Shown here: piece after piece, positions 38,915 to 48,737 of the stretch | Layout of the letters: each line of letters opens with the position of its first letter | Position numbering within the stretch: the stretch's first letter is position 1 | Origin: Actinomycetes bacterium | GTDB taxonomy: Bacteria; Actinomycetota; Actinomycetes; S36-B12; GCA-2699445 | Reading direction: 5' to 3' | Assembly: GCA_022599915.1 (NCBI GenBank) | Contig: JAHZLH010000066.1 | Coordinates: forward strand, 5,447 to 69,446 | Length of the DNA: 64,000 nucleotides | Notes under the pieces: generated by a model | Databases searched by the model: none | Seen by the model: only the letters and a program-made list of their open reading frames with translations | What the model was told of the DNA's origin: nothing | Program-made: the position numbers and the translations under genes

Positions 38915-40038
38915 GTTGATTCCCCAAGAGCGGACAACTCACGATCTACTGCGGCCAGCAGCGGAGCCTCGACTTCAGCGACGCCGATACGGCGCACAAT
39001 GTCGGCAAAGAATCCGCGCACGACGAGTTTGCGCGCCTGCTCGGCGGGAATCCCGCGAGACTGCAGATAGAACAGTTGCTCATCGTCGAAGCGACCGGTG
39101 GCCGCTGCGTGTCCCGCTCCGACAACCTCACCAGTTTCAATTTCGAGATTGGGCACCGAGTCAGCTCGCGCACCGTCGGTCAATACGAGGTTCCGGTTGG
39201 TCTCATAGGTGCTGGTGCCAGTGGCGGCCGCCCGAATCAAGACATCCCCCACCCAAACACTGTGAGCCTTGGTACCAGCCAACGCACCCTTGTACACCAC
39301 ATCGCTACTGCAGTCCGGCACCGAATGGTCAACGAACTGTCGGTGTTCGTGGTGAGCGCCACCAGTGGTAAAGAAGGCACCCAACAGCTCCACCGAGCCA
39401 CCAGGTGCGGTGTAGTCCACGGAGGTGGCCAGGCGAACCACGTCGCCACCTAAGGTCACTGCGACACAGCGCAGCGAAGCGTCACGGCCGAGTTCGGCCC
39501 GGACGTTGTTCACGAGCACACCATCCGCATCCATTTGCTGGAGCACGGCCACAGTCACCCGCGCGCCATCGCCGACTCGGATGGTGGTGGTTCCGGCGTA
39601 GGCGCCAGAACCAGTGTGGTCAATCACGACGGTGGCGCTGGCGTCCGCACCACAGTCAACGACTACCTGACCAAAACTATGTGGTTGCCCTTGAGCCTGC
39701 ACCGTCAGGAGCAGCGGCTCGGCCACAGCTTCACCGGGCGCAACGGACACGATTGCGGCCTGATCGAAGTTGGCCCAGCCAAGGGCAGCGATGCGATCAG
39801 TGGGCATAGCGGCCTGAGCTAGCGCCGGGTCGTCCCGGTCCACGATCGCGATGTTGTTTCCAGTAGCGGCACCCGGTTGGTACGTCACACCACCGCGACT
39901 TTCGGCTTGCTGATGTAAGCCACGAAGACGCCGCATCGGGGTAAAGCGCCACATCTCCTCGCGGCCGGTCGGGACGCCAAAGTCTTGCGGATCGAAGGAC
40001 GAGGTGGTCGGGCTGAGATCAGTTACGGGTACCGTCAT
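38911..40038 (-). CDS. sufD: Fe-S assembly protein SufD
   Basis: 375 aa, a SufB/D-family beta-helix paralogue. It sits between sufB and sufC and overlaps its neighbours. Confidence 0.9.
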   Translation of the reverse strand: MTVPVTDLSPTTSSFDPQDFGVPTGREEMWRFTPMRRLRGLHQQAESRGGVTYQPGAATGNNIAIVDRDDPALAQAAMPTDRIAALGWANFDQAAIVSVAPGEAVAEPLLLTVQAQGQPHSFGQVVVDCGADASATVVIDHTGSGAYAGTTTIRVGDGARVTVAVLQQMDADGVLVNNVRAELGRDASLRCVAVTLGGDVVRLATSVDYTAPGGSVELLGAFFTTGGAHHEHRQFVDHSVPDCSSDVVYKGALAGTKAHSVWVGDVLIRAAATGTSTYETNRNLVLTDGARADSVPNLEIETGEVVGAGHAAATGRFDDEQLFYLQSRGIPAEQARKLVVRGFFADIVRRIGVAEVEAPLLAAVDRELSALGEST

Positions 40039-41444
40039 CCGACCGCACCTTCCATCTGGAGTTCGATAAGCCGGTTCAGTTCTAGGGCGTATTCCATCGG
40101 AAGTTCACGGGCGATCGGCTCAATGAAGCCGCGCACGATCATCGCCATCGCTTCATCCTCGGCGATACCCCGCGACTGCAGATAAAACAGCTGATCCTCA
40201 CTGACCTTGCTGACAGTTGCCTCGTGCCCCATGGAAACGTCATCGTTTCGAATGTCGTTGTAGGGATAGGTGTCGGAGCGGCTGATGTCATCGACGAGCA
40301 GTGCGTCGCATCGGACGGTGCTGGCCGAGCCGGTGGCATTGCCCTGCACCTGCACCAGACCACGGTAGGAGGAGCGACCGCCGCCGCGGGCAACCGACTT
40401 GCTGATGACCGATGACGAAGTGTTCGGCGCCGCGTGGACCATCTTCGCACCCGCATCTTGGTGCTGCCCTTCGCCCGCAAACGCGACCGACAAGGTTTCG
40501 CCCTTGGCATGCTCACCCATCAGCCAGACAGCCGGATATTTCATGGTGACCTTGGAACCCAAGTTTCCATCCACCCATTCCATGGTGGCACCGCTGTGGG
40601 CAAATGCCCGTTTGGTCACCAGGTTGTACACGTTGGTCGACCAGTTCTGAATAGTGGTGTACCGACAACGGGCGCCATCCTTCACGATGATCTCCACAAC
40701 TGCAGAATGCAGCGAGTCACTGGAGTAGATCGGAGCCGTGCAGCCTTCGACGTAGTGCACGTACGCGCCTTCGTCGACGATGATTAGCGTGCGCTCGAAC
40801 TGACCCATGTTCTCGGTGTTGATCCGGAAGTAGGCCTGCAACGGAATCTCTACATGGACGTTCTTCGGCACGTAGATGAATGAGCCACCGGACCAAACCG
40901 CCGTGTTGAGTGCGGCGAACTTGTTGTCACCCGCGGGAATGACGCTAGTGAAGTACTCCTTGAATACGTCTTCGTGTTCCTTAAGAGCCGTGTCGGTATC
41001 CAAGAACAGTACGCCTTGCTCTTCCAAATCCTCACGAATCTTGTGGTACACCACCTCAGACTCATATTGAGCGGCGACACCGGCGACCAGCCGCTGCTTC
41101 TCCGCCTCGGGAATACCCAACTTGTCGTACGTATTCTTGATGTCCTCGGGCAGGTCTTCCCAGGATTCCGCCTGCTTCTCAGTCGAACGCACGAAGTACT
41201 TAATGTTGTCGAAGTCGATACCTGACAGGTCCGCGCCCCAGGTCGGCATCGCCTGTTTCTCGAACAGGCGCAGTCCCTTCAGCCGTAACTCCAGCATCCA
41301 CTCCGGCTCGTTCTTCTTGGCGCTGATGTCGCGCACGACATCCTCGTTTAGCCCGCGACGGGCCACGGCCCCAGCGGAGTCGCTATCACTCCAACCGAAC
41401 TCGTAGTTACCAAGTCCCTCTAACTGATCAGCGGGGTTACTCAT
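40035..41444 (-). CDS. sufB: Fe-S assembly protein SufB (no intein)
   Basis: 469 aa with highly conserved SufB blocks ([16 protein letters not shown]). Confidence 0.96.
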   Translation of the reverse strand: MSNPADQLEGLGNYEFGWSDSDSAGAVARRGLNEDVVRDISAKKNEPEWMLELRLKGLRLFEKQAMPTWGADLSGIDFDNIKYFVRSTEKQAESWEDLPEDIKNTYDKLGIPEAEKQRLVAGVAAQYESEVVYHKIREDLEEQGVLFLDTDTALKEHEDVFKEYFTSVIPAGDNKFAALNTAVWSGGSFIYVPKNVHVEIPLQAYFRINTENMGQFERTLIIVDEGAYVHYVEGCTAPIYSSDSLHSAVVEIIVKDGARCRYTTIQNWSTNVYNLVTKRAFAHSGATMEWVDGNLGSKVTMKYPAVWLMGEHAKGETLSVAFAGEGQHQDAGAKMVHAAPNTSSSVISKSVARGGGRSSYRGLVQVQGNATGSASTVRCDALLVDDISRSDTYPYNDIRNDDVSMGHEATVSKVSEDQLFYLQSRGIAEDEAMAMIVRGFIEPIARELPMEYALELNRLIELQMEGAVG

Positions 41445-42151
41445 GACGGTGTCCTCTCTGCGGAACGTCGGGTGGGTTCAGGTTGTGCGGGTGCGGCGCC
41501 AACTACAGCGGTGCAAATGCCGTCCCCGTGGGCGATGGTGGCGAGTCGAGTGACGTTGCTGTCCAGCAGGCGGGCAAATAACTCTGCCTCGGCTGAGCAT
41601 AGTTGCGGGAACTCGGCAGCCACGTGCGCCACCGGGCAGTTGTGTTGGCAGATTTGCATGGCGACAGGCCCGCTATCGGGCATCGGCGTATCGCTGACCG
41701 AAGCTGCGTAGCCGTCGTCAGCCAGTGCCCGCGCAAGAGTCTCCACCCGTCCAGCCATCGTGTCGGCACTACGGAGCAGCGGCAGATAGCGGCGCTCCAT
41801 ATCAGCGGCGCGATGACGGGCAAAGTCAGCCACTGCCGCTTCGCCCCCAGTGGCAGCCAGGTAGCGCAATGCCGCGACCGCCAGGTCGTCGTAGGCCTGC
41901 CCAAAGAAATCCCGACCAGCCTCGGTGATGGAATAGATACGTGGTGGTCGGCCCCTGCCACGCGTGGGTGCCGGACCGAATGCCGGGCGTTCTCCTGAGG
42001 AGACGATGCTCTCACTTTCCAGCACGTCGAGATGCCGCCGAATTCCCGCAGGAGTCAGCTCAAGCCGCTCGGCGAGTTCCGGCGCCGTGGCCGGACCGTC
42101 CTCGAGCAGCGATCGCGCGACGCGACGTCCTGCTTCGGTTGGGGATTTCAC
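41441..42151 (-). CDS. sufR: SufR-type [Fe-S] transcriptional repressor (ArsR-like wHTH)
   Basis: I prefer GTG 42151 ([41 protein letters not shown], 236 aa). A C-terminal Cys cluster ([18 protein letters not shown]...GDGIC) is present. The longer track ORF would overlap the divergent ABC gene. Confidence 0.85.
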   Translation of the reverse strand: MKSPTEAGRRVARSLLEDGPATAPELAERLELTPAGIRRHLDVLESESIVSSGERPAFGPAPTRGRGRPPRIYSITEAGRDFFGQAYDDLAVAALRYLAATGGEAAVADFARHRAADMERRYLPLLRSADTMAGRVETLARALADDGYAASVSDTPMPDSGPVAMQICQHNCPVAHVAAEFPQLCSAEAELFARLLDSNVTRLATIAHGDGICTAVVGAAPAQPEPTRRSAERTPS

Positions 42152-42191
42152 AACACCATTGTTGCCTAAATACCAGTGGGCGCAACAATGG
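42151..42191. promoter_or_regulatory. Candidate SufR operator: CAAC-N6-GTTG palindrome plus 9-bp inverted repeat bracketing a -10-like hexamer
   Basis: CAACACCATTGTTG sits at 42151-42164 and CAACAATGGGGTGC at 42183-42196. CCATTGTTG (42156-42164) and CAACAATGG (42183-42191) are perfect inverted repeats 18 nt apart. They enclose TAAATA (TATTTA on the sufR strand). Confidence 0.55.
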
Positions 42192-42311
42192 GGTGCGAGA
42201 AACCGGAACTTTCGACCAGATTCCGGTCGGGCACAGCGGGTTACGACCAATGTCGTCGGGTATTGCGGCTGCCGCAGTGCCCGACATTCATAGGCTACGT
42301 ACACTTGGACG

Positions 42312-43250
42312 GTGACAACGCAACGACCTGCCATCAACCTGGCAGACGTGCACAAGTCTTACGGGTCGACCACCGCACTCGACGGGTTGAACCTCATTGT
42401 GCAGGCGGGGCAGATTACCGGACTCCTCGGACCCAACGGTGCCGGCAAAACCACCGCGCTGGAAATCTGCGCTGGACTCCATCGCCCGGACAGCGGATCC
42501 GTCGCAGTGCTGGGTAACGATCCCTGGCGTGCTAGCGCTCAGCAGCGGGCGCGCACCGGCGTGATGCTGCAGTCCGGTGGTATCTGGTCGGGCGCCTCGG
42601 CATTGCAAGCGGTGTCGCATATCGCGCGCTTCTACCGCAACTCCATTGATCCGGCGGAACTCCTGGCAAGGGTGCGGCTGGAAAAGATTGGTTCCACGCC
42701 ATTTCGCCGAATGAGTGGCGGTGAACAACAACGAGTGAAACTAGCCTGCGCCATCGTGGGGCGCCCAGAACTAGCCATTCTGGACGAGCCAAGTTCCGGG
42801 TTGGATCCGGGCACTCGCCGTGAGATCTGGGACTTAATCCTGCAACTGCGAAACTCCGGAACCAGCGTCGTGCTCTCAACACATTCGCTGGAGGAAGCCG
42901 AGCTGTTGGCTGACTGGGTCGCGATTATCGACAACGGCCAATGTGTAGCGAGTGGGACCACCGCTGACCTCACTTCCGACCCCGACAGCCAAACGCTGCA
43001 TTTCCGAGCGGCACCGAATCTGGCTCGCGCGGCGCTGTTGCGCGCCTTACCCACCGGGTTCGAGTTGACCGAAGACGCTCCAGGTCACTACCGACTCGCT
43101 GGAGCGGAGATTTCGCCGACGATCATGGCGTCGGTTACCGCTTGGTGTGCCGAGCAGGGGGTACTGGCCTCCGAACTGACGATTTCTCGCCGAAATCTGG
43201 AACAGGTCTTCCACGAGGCCACCCGGTCTACCCCGCAGGTGTCGCCATGA
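42312..43250 (+). CDS. ABC-2 type exporter, ATPase subunit
   Basis: 312 aa containing GPNGAGKTT, MSGGEQQRV and ILDEPSSGLD. Confidence 0.92.
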   Translation: MTTQRPAINLADVHKSYGSTTALDGLNLIVQAGQITGLLGPNGAGKTTALEICAGLHRPDSGSVAVLGNDPWRASAQQRARTGVMLQSGGIWSGASALQAVSHIARFYRNSIDPAELLARVRLEKIGSTPFRRMSGGEQQRVKLACAIVGRPELAILDEPSSGLDPGTRREIWDLILQLRNSGTSVVLSTHSLEEAELLADWVAIIDNGQCVASGTTADLTSDPDSQTLHFRAAPNLARAALLRALPTGFELTEDAPGHYRLAGAEISPTIMASVTAWCAEQGVLASELTISRRNLEQVFHEATRSTPQVSP

Positions 43251-44020
43251 GCCCAACTCGGGTGCGGGCGGCATCCCCCGGTGGAATCGTTCGAGCCCAG
43301 GCCGGGCTGGAGTGGCGACTAATGATGGCCAACGGGGAACAAATCCTGTTGACGCTGATCATTCCCGTTGTCCTCTTGGTCGGCCTCGGGCTGACCGAGT
43401 TCGTTGATCTCGGAGCAGACAGTCGCTCCGAGCGACTGGAAATCCTGGTGCCGGGCATTACCGCACTTGCGGTGATGTCCAGCGCCTTTACGGCCCTGGC
43501 CATCGCTACCGGCTTCGATCGTCGATCAGAAGCCATCAAGTTCTTGGGCACGACGCCGCTGAGTCGCACTGGTCTGTTGTACGCCAAGGCCCTAGCGGTG
43601 CTAGGCGTACTAGTCGTGCAGCTCGTAGTGATTTTAGGCGTGGGCCTGCTCATCGGCTGGCGACCTGGTGGATCGGTATGGCTCTCGCTCCCGCTCATCG
43701 CCCTCGGCACGCTGGCCTTTGCATCACTCGGTCTCGCGATGGCCGGGACGCTGCGAGCGGAAGCAACCTTGGCGGCAGCCAACGCGGTGTACGTGCTGCT
43801 GCTGCTGGGCGGTGGTGTGATTATTCCCAGCAGCAGCATTCCGGAGCCGTGGCAAACGCTCATCGAAGCACTCCCCTCAGCAGCACTCGCGGAGGGGTTG
43901 CGACAAACCATGTCAGCTCAAACAGACTTCGCGATCTTGGGTGCAGGGGCGATGGTGCTGGTCATCTGGGCGCTATTGGGCTCATTCGTCGTCCGTCGTT
44001 GGTTCCGATGGACGTCCTAA
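43247..44020 (+). CDS. ABC-2 type exporter, permease subunit
   Basis: I prefer ATG 43247 (ATGA overlap with the ATPase stop, 257 aa). About six hydrophobic helices are visible. Confidence 0.85.
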   Translation: MSPTRVRAASPGGIVRAQAGLEWRLMMANGEQILLTLIIPVVLLVGLGLTEFVDLGADSRSERLEILVPGITALAVMSSAFTALAIATGFDRRSEAIKFLGTTPLSRTGLLYAKALAVLGVLVVQLVVILGVGLLIGWRPGGSVWLSLPLIALGTLAFASLGLAMAGTLRAEATLAAANAVYVLLLLGGGVIIPSSSIPEPWQTLIEALPSAALAEGLRQTMSAQTDFAILGAGAMVLVIWALLGSFVVRRWFRWTS

Positions 44021-44832
44021 CCCTCCAGCAACTCCCTAACGCTCGGGATCTGGGAGGACATCGAGGTGCGAGCGGACAGCAAGTGAAATCTAGTTGGGTA
44101 CTCCGGTCGGCTGCGCCCACGACGGCCGAACATAGCGCGGCCATTTCGCAGTTGGCCATCGGAACGGTGGTGGATTTCCGCACCAACGCAGAACGAACCG
44201 GCCAACCGCTGACCGTACCTGCCAATGTGAAGACAGTGCATCTGGACATCCTGGCCGACGAACCAGATGATGCGCCGGCGTCGCTAGGGCGGTTGGCTGC
44301 CGGATCGCCACCTGCAGACCCGGACAGCATCACCCCAGACCTGACTCGTGGCATCATGCTGGACGCCTATCGCACGTTCGCGCTCCGTCCCGGGGCTCGA
44401 CAGCGGTACAGCCAACTTTTGGCCAGTCTGGTCACACCCAGCACGGGGCCGATGCTGTTGCATTGCACCGCGGGCAAGGATCGAACCGGCTGGGCGACAG
44501 CGTTGATTCTGCTGTCCCTGGGGGTAGATCGCGACGACGTGATGGCGGACTATCTCGCGAGTGCCCACGAGGTGGCGGTATTGCTGGAGCCGATTCGCCG
44601 CAAGGTAGCGGAACAGGGGGGCAACGTCGATGCGGTAGATATGGTGCTGTCGGTCCGGGAGGAATACCTAGATACGGCTCTCACCGCCATGACTGAGGAA
44701 TACGGTTCGCTATCGCAGTACCTGACAGCCGGACTGGGCCTACCTGCCGATTTCACCGAGCGACTACAGACCCACGCTCTGGTTGCCGACCCGGATGCCG
44801 ACAGGAGCGATCGGCGTACCCTAGAACCGTGA
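44008..44832 (+). CDS. Cys-X5-Arg protein tyrosine/lipid phosphatase-like protein (Y_phosphatase3-like)
   Basis: I prefer ATG 44008 (MDVLTLQQLPNARDLGG, 274 aa). The active-site loop is HCTAGKDRTG. It overlaps the permease gene by 13 nt and ctaA by GTGA. Confidence 0.8.
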   Translation: MDVLTLQQLPNARDLGGHRGASGQQVKSSWVLRSAAPTTAEHSAAISQLAIGTVVDFRTNAERTGQPLTVPANVKTVHLDILADEPDDAPASLGRLAAGSPPADPDSITPDLTRGIMLDAYRTFALRPGARQRYSQLLASLVTPSTGPMLLHCTAGKDRTGWATALILLSLGVDRDDVMADYLASAHEVAVLLEPIRRKVAEQGGNVDAVDMVLSVREEYLDTALTAMTEEYGSLSQYLTAGLGLPADFTERLQTHALVADPDADRSDRRTLEP

Positions 44833-45818
44833 CCGTCACCGCCACCACCGACCGGCGCGCACCGCGCTGGCTGCTCAATGTTTTTCGTGCCAACTTAGTG
44901 GCGCAAGTCGGTATCGTGCTGACCGGTGGCCTCGTTCGCCTCACCGGTTCCGGCCTCGGCTGCCCGACCTGGCCGGAATGCGTGGACGGCTCGTTGCTAC
45001 CTACCGCTCGCCAGGAAGAGTCCTGGCACAAGATGGTGGAGTTCGGTAACCGCACATTGACGTTTATCTTGGCCGCGCTAGCGATCGCAGCGGTCGTCGG
45101 GGCCCTGCTATGGCATCGACGTCTGCGAGCCGCCGGCACACCGGGCAGGAAACCGCTGGTGCTGTTGGCCGCGATTCCCTTGATCGGCACCGTGGTCCAG
45201 GCCGTGTTGGGTGGGATCACCGTACTGACCGGGCTGCATCCCGCAGTCGTCGCAGCTCACTTCCTGGTTTCAATCGGGATCATCGCCGGAGTCGCGGTAT
45301 TGGTGGATCGAGCCCATGACGATGGCGATCAACCGGTGACTCCGGTGGTGCGCACCGCCTTGCGTCGACTCGGTGATGCCTTGGTCGTACTGGCGTTGGT
45401 GATCATCACGCTGGGCACGATTGTGACAGGCAGTGGCCCGAACTCCGGCGACGCCGATGTGGCCAACCGGTTTGGACTTGAACAACAGACCGTGGCGTGG
45501 GTACATGCCGACACTGTCTTTTTGTTCGTGGGTCTGCTCGTGGGTCTGCTACTGGCTATACATCTGGTGGCAGCTCCCGACGTCGTGCGGCGGCGCGCCT
45601 GGATCCTCACTGGGTTGACGGTGGCCAATGGCACCGTGGGCTATCTGCAGATTGCCACCGGGCTACCTTGGCTAGCCGTCAGCATCCATATGCTGCTGGC
45701 TTGCCTGGTTTGGGTGGCAGTCATCCGAGTGCGGCTGGCCATGCGGCAGCGAGGCACGGTGGACATGATTGCCCCCGCTATTCCCACGGAGCCACAGCCA
45801 GCAAAACTCCCGCAGTAG
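44829..45818 (+). CDS. ctaA: Heme A synthase (COX15/CtaA family)
   Basis: 329 aa, polytopic. The N-terminal Cys pair is GLGCPTWPEC, and conserved His residues sit in TM helices. Confidence 0.88.
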   Translation: MTVTATTDRRAPRWLLNVFRANLVAQVGIVLTGGLVRLTGSGLGCPTWPECVDGSLLPTARQEESWHKMVEFGNRTLTFILAALAIAAVVGALLWHRRLRAAGTPGRKPLVLLAAIPLIGTVVQAVLGGITVLTGLHPAVVAAHFLVSIGIIAGVAVLVDRAHDDGDQPVTPVVRTALRRLGDALVVLALVIITLGTIVTGSGPNSGDADVANRFGLEQQTVAWVHADTVFLFVGLLVGLLLAIHLVAAPDVVRRRAWILTGLTVANGTVGYLQIATGLPWLAVSIHMLLACLVWVAVIRVRLAMRQRGTVDMIAPAIPTEPQPAKLPQ

Positions 45819-45845
45819 CAGCCGGCTAGCTACCCGCGTCAGCCG

Positions 45846-48620
45846 TTAGTGGGCACCGGTGCGAGCCCGCTCCGGTACTACTACCGCTTCGGAATCTAGT
45901 GCCACCGCAGCCTCAGTCTGCTTCGCCTTATTCCGGCGAATGAGCTTGCTGATCTCAACCACAATCGGGACGACGAGGGCCAACAGCACACACACCAACC
46001 ACTCGCCACCAGTCAACGATGTCGTAGTCAGAATCTGCTGCATGAAGGTCCACTCCACCGCAACGACGACGATCAGCGTGGGAATGGCGAGGACCCGCAG
46101 CGCTGGCAGGATCGGTTCAGCCAAACCGGACCCGGGATCACGTCGCATCGCCAGACCACTCAAGATTGTGCCCAGTGCCATCACGACGAAGGCCATGGTT
46201 ACTGGGGTGCTGGGCTGATCGGGGCTAGCCTCCCCCGGCCCAAAGAGCAAAGCGATCAACGCGACGAGGAACAGGGTGCCGCCGTAGCCCACCCATTGGG
46301 TGATCGCACGGGGATTGGAAATGGTCAGATTCGGGTCACGAGGTGGCTTCGACATCAGCCCATCGTTGGGTGGATCCCGCATGATGACGATGACCGGGAA
46401 AATCGAGATGAAGAAGTTCAGGAACAGCACCATCAACGGGGTCAACGCAACCCCGGCATTGATATTGAAGATACTCGCGGTCAAGAACAGCAGCACCAAC
46501 GACAGCAACTGACTCATCTGGTAGCGGACGTACGACACGATCTTGTCGTAGATACTGCGGCCGAGCCGGATAGCCGTCACCAGTGTGCCGAAGTTGTCAT
46601 CGGTGAGGATCATCTTGCCGGCCTGTTTGGTGACCTCACTGCCAGAACCCATCGCCACGCCGATGTCCGCCTGCTTGAGCGCGGCTGCGTCGTTGACCGC
46701 ATCGCCAGTCATGGCCACAATGTCGCCGTCTTCTTGCATCAAGCGAGCTAGCCGCAACTTATCCTGCGGTGTTACCCGACCGAACACGTGCAGATTGGGT
46801 AGCGCTGCTCGCAGTTCGTCGTCAGACATTTCCTGGATTTCCGCACCGGAGATCGCACCAGGCCCCAGGCCCAGTTCGGCACCGATGGCCGACGCGGTGA
46901 TGGCGTGATCACCAGTGATCATGCGTACCTCGATACCGGCTTCGTGGGCGACTCGCACCGCCTCAATAGCCGAGGGGCGGAGCGGATCGATGATGCCCAC
47001 CATGCCGACGAAGGTGAGGTCCTCGACGAAGGACATCGGATCATTCTTCACCGCGTCCTCTTGACCAGCTACGTCACGGACCGCGAAAGCCAAAACGCGC
47101 AGCCCCTTCTCGGACATGGTGCGGTTAGCGTCCATTACCTGGTCGTGGACCTCGGCCAGTGGTGTGGTGCTCCCATCTGCGTTGAGCACCTTCGAGCAAC
47201 GCGCCAACACCACGTCCGGGCCACCCTTGACCAGTTCCAGGCAACGCTCCCCGTCGGGGGAAGGTAGGTGGTGGTAGGTCGCCATGAACTTGTAGGCGGA
47301 GTCGAACGGAACTTCCGCGAACCGGGGGTAGGCACGCCGAGTTTCTTCGGCGTCCACACCGATCTTTGCTGCCAGTACAACGAGAGCCGCCTCGGTGGGG
47401 TCGCCGACCACGACACCGTCGTCCGACACCGTGGCATCGCTGTCCAACGCTAGACCGTAGGCCAAGTTGGTGAAGTCCGGTTCCGGCTCACCAGCCACGT
47501 GCTCGATGGCACCGGTCTTGGCGTAGCCATCACCTTGCACGCCGTACCAGTTCCCCCGGTAGTACAGCTTGCGCACCATCATCTCGTTCTTGGTGAGCGT
47601 GCCGGTCTTGTCGGAATTAATGGCACTGGTAGCGCCTAGTGTCTCGACATCGGTGAGGTTCTTGACCACTGCCTGCGCAGCGGCGAGTTGCTTGGCGCCG
47701 TAGGACAGCATGGCTTGCACGAAGGTGGGTAGGCCGGTGGGGATGGCTGAGATCGCCATGGCCACACCGAGCAACATCACTGACTGCAATGTCTCGCCGC
47801 GGACCAGCCCGAGGATGACGATAAGGGCTACCGCGGCCCAGGCGATGCCACCCAGCACCTTGGTCAGGGTGTCTAGTTCCCGCTGTAGTGGCGACTTGCT
47901 CGGCGGGACTGCCGACAGCATCGCCGCGATCCGGCCCATTTGGGTGGACATGCCGGTCTCGGTAATGACCATGGCGCCGGTTCCTCGGGTCACCGACGTG
48001 TTCTGGAAAACCATATTCGTGCGGTCACCCAGCGCGACGTCGTCAGATTCGAGCGTGGCGGGGTTCTTACTGATCGGGGCGCTCTCGCCGGTGAGCGCGG
48101 CTTCCTGAGTTTCCAACGAGGCAGAGCGTAAAAGTCGACCGTCAGCCGGAACTAGATCTCCTGCCTCAATATTGACGATGTCGCCCGGAACCAACTGAGT
48201 AGCGGGTATCTCGCGCAGCGATCCGTCGCGCACGACTCGGGCCTGGGGAATCTGCATGTTGGCGAGCGCATCCACGCTGGCGCGAGCTTTCATCTCCTGC
48301 TGGGTGCCCATGATGACGTTGACCACCACCAGCAGTCCGACCAAGATGCCAGTGCCGAACTCGCCGATCAGCACGCTGACGATCGCGACGGCAACCAACA
48401 TCAGGTTCATGGAGTCTTTGAATTGAATCAAGGCGACCGCCCACACCGACGGCGGCGGTTCGCTGATGATCTCGTTGGGGCCGTACTGTGACAGACCTGA
48501 TTCCGCCTGCTGACTGCTCAATCCCTCGGAGGCACTGGTACCAAGTGCTTCGAGCACCTGATCCGTGGCTTGTGAGTACCAGGCGGTTTCAACTGCGGAT
48601 TCTGTAGCCGTATCAGCCAT
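45846..48620 (-). CDS. P-type cation-transporting ATPase (P2, Ca2+/Mg2+-ATPase-like)
   Basis: 924 aa containing SDKTGTLT, TGES, ITGDH and MTGDAVNDAAALKQADIGVAMG. The N-terminal cation-ATPase domain reads LSQYGPNE. Confidence 0.93.
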   Translation of the reverse strand: MADTATESAVETAWYSQATDQVLEALGTSASEGLSSQQAESGLSQYGPNEIISEPPPSVWAVALIQFKDSMNLMLVAVAIVSVLIGEFGTGILVGLLVVVNVIMGTQQEMKARASVDALANMQIPQARVVRDGSLREIPATQLVPGDIVNIEAGDLVPADGRLLRSASLETQEAALTGESAPISKNPATLESDDVALGDRTNMVFQNTSVTRGTGAMVITETGMSTQMGRIAAMLSAVPPSKSPLQRELDTLTKVLGGIAWAAVALIVILGLVRGETLQSVMLLGVAMAISAIPTGLPTFVQAMLSYGAKQLAAAQAVVKNLTDVETLGATSAINSDKTGTLTKNEMMVRKLYYRGNWYGVQGDGYAKTGAIEHVAGEPEPDFTNLAYGLALDSDATVSDDGVVVGDPTEAALVVLAAKIGVDAEETRRAYPRFAEVPFDSAYKFMATYHHLPSPDGERCLELVKGGPDVVLARCSKVLNADGSTTPLAEVHDQVMDANRTMSEKGLRVLAFAVRDVAGQEDAVKNDPMSFVEDLTFVGMVGIIDPLRPSAIEAVRVAHEAGIEVRMITGDHAITASAIGAELGLGPGAISGAEIQEMSDDELRAALPNLHVFGRVTPQDKLRLARLMQEDGDIVAMTGDAVNDAAALKQADIGVAMGSGSEVTKQAGKMILTDDNFGTLVTAIRLGRSIYDKIVSYVRYQMSQLLSLVLLFLTASIFNINAGVALTPLMVLFLNFFISIFPVIVIMRDPPNDGLMSKPPRDPNLTISNPRAITQWVGYGGTLFLVALIALLFGPGEASPDQPSTPVTMAFVVMALGTILSGLAMRRDPGSGLAEPILPALRVLAIPTLIVVVAVEWTFMQQILTTTSLTGGEWLVCVLLALVVPIVVEISKLIRRNKAKQTEAAVALDSEAVVVPERARTGAH

Positions 48621-48737
48621 TTACGCTCCATTTCAGAGTCAACAACGCGAGCGTATCGGACCGGCTGACTTCATTGGGCGACGCATCGGAGCAGCCCACT
48701 CGGAACTCTGGGCGTTGGGGCTGACAACCGCAGGCCG

